Under the pieces are notes generated by a model. The model searched no databases and was not told where the DNA came from. It saw nothing but the letters and a program-made list of their open reading frames with translations. A stretch of DNA of 23,261 bases from contig JASFEA010000034.1 of assembly GCA_050125095.1 (NCBI GenBank), positions 1 through 23,261 of the forward strand, written 5' to 3'. The position numbers were made by a program, and so were the translations under genes. This document shows, piece after piece, positions 6,679 to 14,251 of this stretch. The stretch is from a bacterium. Its GTDB lineage: Bacteria > Arandabacterota > Arandabacteria > Arandabacterales > JALGWA01. Each line of letters begins with the position of its first letter. Position 1 is the first letter of the stretch.

Positions 6679-8298
6679 ATGAAGAACGCCGGCAGAACCG
6701 ACAGATTTTTCACCCTCATCGTTATCGCCTACTGCGTATACGCCGTCCTGTTCATAATGAAGACGAGTTTCGTGATCGGGGGGGCAAGGTACTTCTCGCT
6801 CTTCGACGACGCGATGATCTCGATGCGTTACGCCAAGAACTTCGCGGGCGGGCACGGGCTAGTCTGGAATCCGGGGGGCGAGAGGGTGGAGGGTTTCACC
6901 AATCCCCTGTGGACTCTTTACATGGCGGCGCTTCATCTGATCCCGATCGCCACGACCAAGATAAGCGCGCTGGTCCAGGCCAGCGCCGCGCTCTTCCTGC
7001 TGGCCAATCTCTTCGCCGTGAAGAAGCTGGCCGGCTTCGTGTCGGATTCAAGCGGGTTCGTCATACTGACCGCGGCATTGCTTACGGCCTTCTACCTTCC
7101 GCTGAATAACTGGGGCATGCAGGGCATGGAAGTCTGCGTGCTGGCTCTCCTAATCACGCTTGCCGCGCTGCACGCGGCCAGGGCGGTGAGGGCAGGGAGA
7201 TTCTCGACGCTGCCCTTCATACTCCTTGGCCTCAGCGTGTTCATAAGGACGGACATGGCCGTGCCCTTCCTGGGCATGCTGCTATATCTCGCCGTGAGCG
7301 TGAGAAGTCACAGGACCAGGTATCTTATCTGGGGCATCGCCCTGCTGGCAGCGAGCGTAGCGGTGCAGACGGGATTCCGCATCTGGTATTACAGCGAGGC
7401 CCTTCCCAATTCGTATTACGTCAAGCTCGTCGGCTACCCGATGTACCTCAGATGGACCCGCGGCCTCTATGTGACATTCGTATTCCTCTGGCGGTCCAAC
7501 TGGGCTCTGTTCGCGCTGCCGCTTGCCGTCATACTCATCACGAAGGACCGCGTCCTGGGTCTGCTTGGCTGGGTTCTGGGCGTGCAGCTTCTCTACAGCG
7601 TCTACGTGGGAGGCGACGCCTGGGAATCGTGGGGAGGGGCCAACCGCTACGTCTGCATAGCCATGCCGGTCTTCTTCATTCTTCTGGCCGCGAGCCTGGC
7701 CCGGGCGGGAGGTTTCATGAAGCGGGCGGCGCTCAAGGTGTCTCCGGACATCGGCGAGCGGTTGCTGAATAAGCACGGCGGCAAGGTCAGCGCCATAATG
7801 GTCCTCCTCATCCTTCTCAACTTCAACGCCATATACGGGCCGAGCGCGCTCACCGAGTGGCTTCTACTCAAGCCCCCGCTTCATGTCGATGACAATGCCA
7901 GGATGGTGGAGCGAGCGATTGCATTAAGGAAGTTCACGACTCATATGGCGAGCATCGCGGTCGTATGGGACGGCGCGATCCCTTACTTCGCAGACAGGTA
8001 CGCGGTCAGTATACTCGGCAAGAACGACCATAGAGTCGGCCGGTTGCCGATGAGGAGAGTGCCCGGGCCGGCAGGGCTGGTGGCCTTCTATCCGGGGCAT
8101 CTGAAGTGGGATTATTCGTATTCCATTGGTGAGCTCAAACCTGACGTAATAGTACAGGTATGGAAACAGCCCGAAGAGGCCGAGCAGTATATGGTCGACT
8201 ACGTTTCCGTGAGGCTTTATGGCTTTCTCTTCCACCTTCGCGAGAACTCGCAGAATATCAGGTGGGACGTCGTGCGGAGCCTGGCCGTGCCCGGGTAG
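6679..8298 (+). CDS. Polytopic membrane glycosyltransferase, GT-C fold (AftB/ArnT/PMT-like)
   Basis: DD motif in the first loop (FDDAMISMRYAKN), GLVWNPGGERVEGFTNPLW, GME, R.D, LPNSYYVK, GGD...RY. Many TM helices and a soluble C-terminal domain. Confidence 0.72.
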   Translation: MKNAGRTDRFFTLIVIAYCVYAVLFIMKTSFVIGGARYFSLFDDAMISMRYAKNFAGGHGLVWNPGGERVEGFTNPLWTLYMAALHLIPIATTKISALVQASAALFLLANLFAVKKLAGFVSDSSGFVILTAALLTAFYLPLNNWGMQGMEVCVLALLITLAALHAARAVRAGRFSTLPFILLGLSVFIRTDMAVPFLGMLLYLAVSVRSHRTRYLIWGIALLAASVAVQTGFRIWYYSEALPNSYYVKLVGYPMYLRWTRGLYVTFVFLWRSNWALFALPLAVILITKDRVLGLLGWVLGVQLLYSVYVGGDAWESWGGANRYVCIAMPVFFILLAASLARAGGFMKRAALKVSPDIGERLLNKHGGKVSAIMVLLILLNFNAIYGPSALTEWLLLKPPLHVDDNARMVERAIALRKFTTHMASIAVVWDGAIPYFADRYAVSILGKNDHRVGRLPMRRVPGPAGLVAFYPGHLKWDYSYSIGELKPDVIVQVWKQPEEAEQYMVDYVSVRLYGFLFHLRENSQNIRWDVVRSLAVPG

Positions 8299-8436
8299 GG
8301 CGCGCGCGGGATATTCAATGCGTCAGCCCCATTGTCCAGAGGGATATTGCTCCCGGAATAATCGCGAATTCATACAAAGAAGCGTCAAATCCGGTTGAAT
8401 GATTCGCGCATAACCCTCATAAGTCCTTGATTTCGC

Positions 8437-8465
8437 TTGCTCGACGAAAATCCTTATGGTATGCT
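8437..8465 (+). promoter_or_regulatory. Putative sigma70 promoter with extended -10
   Basis: TTGCTC (8437-8442), 17 nt, TATGCT (8460-8465) preceded by TG. SD GGAGGA at 8489-8494. Confidence 0.6.
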
Positions 8466-8498
8466 ACATCTACGGCAGTATACCTAACGGAGGAATTT

Positions 8499-9182
8499 TT
8501 GGATCACCAGCGGGGCGTCGAGGATGACAAGCTCAAGGGGGCGATTATGTCCCTCCCGGATGTCCGGTCCTGCTCGGTCGAGATGTCCGACGACGGCGGC
8601 ATTTCCGCGATCCATATAGTCTCCGCCTCGAAGCGCCCGCCCAAGCAGATCGTGCGTGACGTCGAGTCGGTCCTGCATGCCAATTTCGGTGTCAGCGTTG
8701 ACCACCGGAAGGTTTCGGTAGCCAGGGTAACCGAGCCCGAGGAGAAGCGGCGAGAGGCAGTGCCCAGGGCCCGGCTCGACGCAATGACGGTGTCATCGGC
8801 CGGCGGGATGGGGAGGGTCGAAATAGAATTGGAGCGGGACGGCGTCAGCGCGTCGGGCGAGGCGAGCGGCGTATTCGTGGGCGGCGGGTGCCTGCGGCTC
8901 ATCGCTGAGGCAACCTATGCCGCCGTTGAGAACCTCGTGTCCGGCCCGGTGGGCTTCGAGGTGCAGGATGTCGTGCGGGTCAGATGCGGGGAACGCGAGG
9001 CCCTTGTCGTGCTGGCCAACCTGGCCGCGGAGCGCGAAGTCATGAGTCTCGCCGGCTGCGTGCTCGTGGGAGACGACATCAACCGGGCCGCCGCGCTTGC
9101 GGCGCTTGACTCCTGTAACCGCATCCTGGAGCGGCTGCCGCAGATTGAGAGAATAGAGTACGAGATAAATCCCTCCGACTGA
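8499..9182 (+). CDS. Conserved-looking hypothetical cytoplasmic protein (two domains; C-terminal part resembles a LeuA regulatory-domain-like fold)
   Basis: TTG 8499 after GGAGGA. N-terminal IHIV....RPPKQIVRDVES.L...FG..VDHRKVSVA motif and C-terminal G.A.G.......A.AT..A...A.L...NR pattern. Confidence 0.7.
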   Translation: MDHQRGVEDDKLKGAIMSLPDVRSCSVEMSDDGGISAIHIVSASKRPPKQIVRDVESVLHANFGVSVDHRKVSVARVTEPEEKRREAVPRARLDAMTVSSAGGMGRVEIELERDGVSASGEASGVFVGGGCLRLIAEATYAAVENLVSGPVGFEVQDVVRVRCGEREALVVLANLAAEREVMSLAGCVLVGDDINRAAALAALDSCNRILERLPQIERIEYEINPSD

Positions 9183-9285
9183 CGCCCCGACTGACACCGG
9201 CGACCGAAGCGACTCAGCCTGTCCCGGGTCCTGACGGATCCGGTGTCGCGCCGTTTACACCGATGTCCGCTTTCCGACACTTCAT

Positions 9286-9324
9286 TTGAAATCGGTTGAC
9301 CATGTTTGCGTATGATAGCACAAT
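9286..9324 (+). promoter_or_regulatory. Possible purM promoter region
   Basis: AT-richer stretch with TTGAAA (9286), TTGACC (9296), TATGAT (9311) and CACAAT (9319). The best pairings are 19 nt (TTGAAA/TATGAT) or 17 nt with a weak -10 (TTGACC/CACAAT). Confidence 0.3.
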
Positions 9325-9375
9325 TGAATGTGGTCATTCGGGAACGCTATGTGCAATAACAGAGACGGGTGAGAC

Positions 9376-10383
9376 ATGAAAGAGGTGACTTACAGAGACG
9401 CCGGCGTTGACCTCTCCGAGTACGGAGATCTGGTACGCCACATCGTTAAGAGACTCGGCGGCTCGATCAAGCGGTCGCGGCAGGGGCTTTTCGCGGGCGC
9501 CATTGAAATGGGAAGCTCCGGCAGGGGAGACCTCATGGTTTCCAGTATCGACGGCGTGGGTACCAAAGTGAAAATCGCCACCGCTTACGGCGCACACTCA
9601 GGTATCGGCAAGGACATCGTCGCCCACTGCGTGAACGACATCCTGGCGGTAGGCGCGCGCCCGGTTGCATTTCTCGATTATGTCGGCTTCTCCAAACTCG
9701 ACACCGCCGTGTTCAAGCAGCTCATATCCGGTATCGCCGGTGAGTGCAGGCGCCACGGCACCGCTCTGATAGGCGGAGAGACCGCCGAGATGCCGGGCGT
9801 TTACAAGAGCGGCGAATACGACCTCGTCGGCTGCATCATCGGTATCGCCCGCAAGCGCAACCTGCTGGACGGCTCCAGGATAAGGAAAGGGGATCTCATA
9901 ATCGGGCTTCCCTCCAACGGACTCCACACCAACGGCTACAGCCTGGCAAGAGAAGTGCTTCTCAAGAGGCGCAGGATGAAACTGAAGACCAGGCCCGCGG
10001 GGTTGCGCGTCCCTCTGGGCAAGGCGCTTCTCAAGGCGCATACCAGCTACTTCCGCGAGGTCTACCCGCTGGTCGAGAAACGGCTTCTTAAGGGCATTGC
10101 CCATATTACCGGCGGGGGAATACCCGGGAATCTCTGCCGCATCCTGCCCGGGAACTGCGACGCCCGCATCAGGAGCGGGCTGTGGCGGGTACCGCCCATA
10201 TTCGACCTCATCAGAGAGAAGGGCCCCGTCAAGCGAGATGAAATGTACCGCGTCTTCAATATGGGACTCGGCATGTTACTGGTGGCCGCCCAGGCCGACG
10301 TGCCCCGTATAATGAAGGGCACCAGGTCCGCCGTGATCGTGGGCGAGGTGGCGAGGGGCGGCGGCGCGGTCACAATCGAGTAG
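9376..10383 (+). CDS. purM: Phosphoribosylformylglycinamidine cyclo-ligase (AIR synthetase)
   Basis: TYRDAGVD, DGVGTK, CVNDI, FLDY, GGETAEMPG, SNGLHTNGYSL, HITGGG, EMYRVFNMG. Confidence 0.96.
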   Translation: MKEVTYRDAGVDLSEYGDLVRHIVKRLGGSIKRSRQGLFAGAIEMGSSGRGDLMVSSIDGVGTKVKIATAYGAHSGIGKDIVAHCVNDILAVGARPVAFLDYVGFSKLDTAVFKQLISGIAGECRRHGTALIGGETAEMPGVYKSGEYDLVGCIIGIARKRNLLDGSRIRKGDLIIGLPSNGLHTNGYSLAREVLLKRRRMKLKTRPAGLRVPLGKALLKAHTSYFREVYPLVEKRLLKGIAHITGGGIPGNLCRILPGNCDARIRSGLWRVPPIFDLIREKGPVKRDEMYRVFNMGLGMLLVAAQADVPRIMKGTRSAVIVGEVARGGGAVTIE

Positions 10384-10410
10384 GTCCAGCTCGGCCCGTC
10401 CTGCTATTCG

Positions 10411-11391
10411 ATGGATTCAAGAGACCTGGTCTATGCCAGCGATCACATGCGCTTCGCGGTGGAGACTGCAAAGCAGGTCGCCTATGCCCCGGTGCCCGTG
10501 CTTATCGAGGGCGAGAGCGGGACGGGCAAGGAGCTCATCGCCAGGCTTATCCACTCGTCCAGCCCCCGCAGCGACGGGCCCTTCATTGCCGTAAACTGCG
10601 GGGCCATCCCGCATGCGCTATTCGAGAGCGAGGTGTTCGGCCACACGGCCGGTGCCTTCACCGGCGCGCATAGGGCAAGGCCCGGGCTTTTCGAGACAGC
10701 CGCGGGCGGCACGCTCTTCCTTGACGAGATAGGCGAACTCTCGCCGGCAATGCAGGCCAAGCTCCTTCGCGTGCTTCAGGAGGGCTGCGTGCGAAGGGTG
10801 GGGGAGGACCGCTCGCGCGAGTTCGACGTCCGCGTCGTGGCCGCCACCAACAAAGAGCTGGAGATGGAGATGCGGGCCGGCAGGTTCAGGGAAGACCTCT
10901 TCTTCAGGATCAGCGTGGTGAGGATATTCTTAGAGCCCCTCCGCACGAGAAAGGATGATGTGCTTGCTCTCTTGAAGCACTTCGCCAGGAAGCATGCGGT
11001 TCTCCTCGGAAAGCACGAGCCCAGGTTCGCCGGAGATGTGCCCGCGCTATTCACGCGATACCCGTGGCCCGGCAATGTACGCGAGCTTGAGAACGAAGTC
11101 CAGAGGCTGGTTGTGCTGGCCTCGGACGGCAAGCCCATAAGCGCTTCGAAAGTCTCCCGCCGGATAAGGAAAGGCGCGCTGACCGCGGAGAATCCTGCCG
11201 CCGGCTCCGCGCTCCGCGAACGCGTCGAGAGTTTCGAGCGGGAGGTAATAAAGGAGACCCTCGACCGGTACGGCTGGAACAAGACGCGGGCCGCGAGATA
11301 CCTCGGGATCACGCGGCAGGGTCTTCACCGCAAACTGAGAAAGCTGAGGATTAGCCGGATGAATGGAGTTGACCCTGCCCCGTTGCGATGA
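10411..11391 (+). CDS. Sigma54-dependent Fis-family transcriptional activator (AAA+ plus HTH, no sensory domain)
   Basis: Walker A GESGTGKE, GAFTGA, Walker B LFLDEIG, RFREDLFFR, WPGNVREL, C-terminal WNKTRAARYLGITRQGL HTH. Confidence 0.92.
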   Translation: MDSRDLVYASDHMRFAVETAKQVAYAPVPVLIEGESGTGKELIARLIHSSSPRSDGPFIAVNCGAIPHALFESEVFGHTAGAFTGAHRARPGLFETAAGGTLFLDEIGELSPAMQAKLLRVLQEGCVRRVGEDRSREFDVRVVAATNKELEMEMRAGRFREDLFFRISVVRIFLEPLRTRKDDVLALLKHFARKHAVLLGKHEPRFAGDVPALFTRYPWPGNVRELENEVQRLVVLASDGKPISASKVSRRIRKGALTAENPAAGSALRERVESFEREVIKETLDRYGWNKTRAARYLGITRQGLHRKLRKLRISRMNGVDPAPLR

Positions 11392-11397
11392 TAGTTT
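11369..11397 (+). promoter_or_regulatory. Putative sigma70 promoter for apgM-lnt
   Basis: TTGACC (11369-11374), 17 nt, TAGTTT (11392-11397) with an extended -10 TG. SD AAGGAGG at 11412-11418. Confidence 0.5.
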
Positions 11398-11423
11398 CTC
11401 ATCTAGAAGACAAGGAGGTTGGC

Positions 11424-12623
11424 TTGTACGACGACCTGCTAGACAGGCTTGTTAAGAAGAACTCATCCAAAATCCTGCTCGTCATCCTGGACGGAGTCGG
11501 CGGGCTCCCATTCTATGCCGGCGGCGGCACGGAACTCGAAGAGGCCGACACCGCCGAGCTCGATAAGCTGGCAAGGACCTCCGCCCTGGGCCTTCACGAC
11601 CCCATAGCCCCGGGCATTACGCCGGGAAGCGGGCCCGCCCACCTGGGCGTGTTCGGTTACGATCCCCTTAGATGGGACATCGGCAGGGGAGTGCTTGCAG
11701 CGCTGGGAATAGGTTTCAAGCTCGAGAAGGACGACCTCGCCGCGCGCGGTAACTTCGCCACGATGGATGACGCCGGCAACATAACCGACAGAAGGGCCGG
11801 CCGCATCTCGAGCGAGACCAACGCCGAGCTGTGTGCGCTCCTCAACGGGATGAAGATCGGGGACGTGGACGTGATAGTCAAGACTGTGAAAGAGCATCGC
11901 GCCGCCGTAATCTTCAGGGGCGGGGAGTTCTCAGACAGGCTCGCGGATTCGGACCCGCAGGTTACGGGCGTGCCGGCCAAGCGGGTCGAGGCCCTGGAGC
12001 CGGGTGCCCGGGGCAGCGCCGACCTCGCCAACGCCTTCGCCGACGAGGCCAACAGGCGTCTCGCGGACAGGTCGCCCGCCAACACCATTCTCCTCCGGGG
12101 TTTCGCAAGGCTTCCCGACATTCCATCGTTCGAGTCCCGCTACGGCATGAAGGCCTGCGCCATCGCCACTTACCCCATGTACAAAGGCCTTGCACGGCTC
12201 GTGGGGATGGACGTTCTCGACGCGGGGGAGAGTCTTGATACGCAGGTGGAGACGCTGAAGAAAGCCTGGGGCGATTATGACTTCTTTTTCTTTCACTACA
12301 AGTACACCGACTCAAGAGGCGAGGACGGCGACTTCGGCGCCAAGGTCAGGGCCATAGAGGACTTCGACAGGCGCGTACCGGACCTGGTCGCGCTCGAGCC
12401 CGACGTTCTCGTTCTCACAGGCGACCACTCCACCCCGAGCGCGCTCAAGAGCCATTCATGGCATCCCGTGCCGCTTCTGCTCCGGTCCAGGTACGTGATC
12501 CCGGACCTGATGGACTTCAACGAGAAGAACTGCTCGCGCGGCGGTCTCGGAAAGATGAGAGCGCTTGAGATCATGCCGCTCGCCCTCGCCAACGCCCTGA
12601 GGCTGGAAAAATACGGTGCCTAG
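11424..12623 (+). CDS. apgM: 2,3-bisphosphoglycerate-independent phosphoglycerate mutase, archaeal-type (ApgM)
   Basis: ILDGVGG, TPGSGPAHLGVFGYDP, ARGNFAT, DRRAGRI, TGDHSTP, HSWHPVP. TTG 11424 follows AAGGAGG (the ORF-track start is 11388). Confidence 0.9.
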   Translation: MYDDLLDRLVKKNSSKILLVILDGVGGLPFYAGGGTELEEADTAELDKLARTSALGLHDPIAPGITPGSGPAHLGVFGYDPLRWDIGRGVLAALGIGFKLEKDDLAARGNFATMDDAGNITDRRAGRISSETNAELCALLNGMKIGDVDVIVKTVKEHRAAVIFRGGEFSDRLADSDPQVTGVPAKRVEALEPGARGSADLANAFADEANRRLADRSPANTILLRGFARLPDIPSFESRYGMKACAIATYPMYKGLARLVGMDVLDAGESLDTQVETLKKAWGDYDFFFFHYKYTDSRGEDGDFGAKVRAIEDFDRRVPDLVALEPDVLVLTGDHSTPSALKSHSWHPVPLLLRSRYVIPDLMDFNEKNCSRGGLGKMRALEIMPLALANALRLEKYGA

Positions 12624-14124
12624 CGCGCGATTCCGCCATGACACGCTCACAAGGCTCCTCATCTGTGCCGCCTCCGGCGCATGCGCCTCGCTGTGTTTCG
12701 AGCCCTATGGACTGGGATTCCTGGCCTATTTCATCTTCATACCATTCATTCTGTTCTCGGGCGTCGTAGACGGCAGCGGGCGTTATCTTCTCAATTCCTT
12801 CATATTCGGCTTCTCATACTTCATGGGGACCCTCTACTGGATCGCCTTTCTGGATAAGGAACAGATTCTCCTGCCCTGGCTCAGGCTTCCGGCCGCCCTC
12901 GCCGCTTCGCTTTACCTTTCGCTTTTCGTTCTGCTGGCCGGCTTCCTCATGCGCCGCGTCATAAAGGCCGGCATCCCGTATCAGGTCGCAATCCCGGTCG
13001 TGTGGGGGGGCATCGAGTATCTGCGTTCACTCGGTGTGATGGGATTTCCCTGGGGCAGCATTGCGTATTCCCAGACGCCGTATGCCCCGGTGATTCAGCA
13101 GGCGGCCCTGGTCGGCACCTACGGCCTGTCCGCCTGGCTTGTGGCCGTGAACGCTCTTATCGTCTGGCTCATAACCTCCCGGAGAAAGGCCGCGCTGGCA
13201 ACCCTGCTCATCGTGCTGGCCTTCCCTATCGCGGCCGGCAGGGTGATTCTGGCGCGGGCCGATTACGAGACGGGCCCGGGCGTCGGCATAGTGCAGCCCA
13301 ATATAGGGGGTCAGGTCAAGTGGGATAAAGCCTATAGAGACAGCACAATGCGCGTTTTATCTGAGATGACGCTTGAAGTGTCTGAGAGCCCTCTAATTGT
13401 CTGGCCCGAGACGGCGGTGCCCTTTTTCGTGCGCCATCAGCGCCAGTCAATGGGGCAGATTAAGAGCCTGGCCAGGGCCGCGGACTCCCATATACTCTTC
13501 GGCCTGCCGGATTTCGTGAGGGGCGAGGAGGGCAACATATACTACAACTCCGCGATGCTCATGGGGCCCGGTGGCGAGGACCTCGGAGTATACCGCAAGA
13601 TACACCTGGTGCCGTTCGGCGAGATGATACCTTATGAAGACACCTTCGACATCCTCAAGAGAATCGACTTCGGAGAGGGCGACTTCTCGCCCGGTGAGGA
13701 GCCCGTGGTAATGGAGATCGAAGGCATACCTTTCGGGGTCGCCATCTGCTTCGAATCCATATTCCCGGACCTCACGCGCCAGTTCGCCCGCAGGGGCGCC
13801 CGCTTCGTCGTAAACATCACCAATGACGAGTGGTTCGGCCCGAGTCTCGGTCCCAGCCAGCACGCCCAGATGGCAGTTCTCAGGACCGTCGAGTGCAGGG
13901 TGGGACTCATCCGCTGCGCCAACACAGGGATCTCGATGATAGTCGATCCCTACGGCCGTACCCTGAAGCGGACGGAGCTTTTCAAGAGAACTACGCTTTC
14001 GGGCAGCATCCCCGCCGGCACCGGAGAGACTCCCTTCGTCCGCATAGGGGAGGTCTTCGCTTCGGTCATGCTTATCGCCTCGCTGGTGGTCGGGTTGATC
14101 GCCGGCAGGCGGCGCCGACTGTAA
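12616..14124 (+). CDS. lnt: Apolipoprotein N-acyltransferase
   Basis: TM N-terminus with GFPW, then a nitrilase domain: VQPNI, VWPE, YNS, YRKIHLVPFGE, ICFES, TNDEWFG, RCANTGIS. Confidence 0.95.
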   Translation: MPSARFRHDTLTRLLICAASGACASLCFEPYGLGFLAYFIFIPFILFSGVVDGSGRYLLNSFIFGFSYFMGTLYWIAFLDKEQILLPWLRLPAALAASLYLSLFVLLAGFLMRRVIKAGIPYQVAIPVVWGGIEYLRSLGVMGFPWGSIAYSQTPYAPVIQQAALVGTYGLSAWLVAVNALIVWLITSRRKAALATLLIVLAFPIAAGRVILARADYETGPGVGIVQPNIGGQVKWDKAYRDSTMRVLSEMTLEVSESPLIVWPETAVPFFVRHQRQSMGQIKSLARAADSHILFGLPDFVRGEEGNIYYNSAMLMGPGGEDLGVYRKIHLVPFGEMIPYEDTFDILKRIDFGEGDFSPGEEPVVMEIEGIPFGVAICFESIFPDLTRQFARRGARFVVNITNDEWFGPSLGPSQHAQMAVLRTVECRVGLIRCANTGISMIVDPYGRTLKRTELFKRTTLSGSIPAGTGETPFVRIGEVFASVMLIASLVVGLIAGRRRRL

Positions 14125-14168
14125 GTCGAAGGGTCCGGTACGGGCGCGCCGCGGCGGGTCCAAAGCGT

Positions 14169-14197
14169 TTGACACCGGCCATTTGGGGTGGTATATT
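14169..14197 (+). promoter_or_regulatory. Sigma70 promoter for the asd operon
   Basis: Consensus TTGACA (14169-14174), 17 nt, TATATT (14192-14197) with an extended -10 TG. Confidence 0.75.
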
Positions 14198-14251
14198 CGC
14201 GCCGGCTGTTAGGCTTAACGGAGCGAATTGCGTTGTACACAGGGAGAGACA

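Noticed and set aside
9191..9200. CTGACACCGG as the inverted partner of the GGGGTCAG repeats, bounding a mobile element
   Set aside because: Only a 9/10 match with no extension inward and no target duplication. GGGGTCAGGTC near 13307 is likewise just lnt coding sequence.
9177..9356. ZTP, purine or PRPP (ykkC) riboswitch upstream of purM
   Set aside because: Only short fragments match (GACTGACG, CGTATGAT, GCGACCGA). The other conserved core elements of each aptamer are missing.
10391..10406. Sigma54 promoter upstream of the activator gene
   Set aside because: The GG to GC spacing is 8 nt, not the required 10, and it abuts the start codon.
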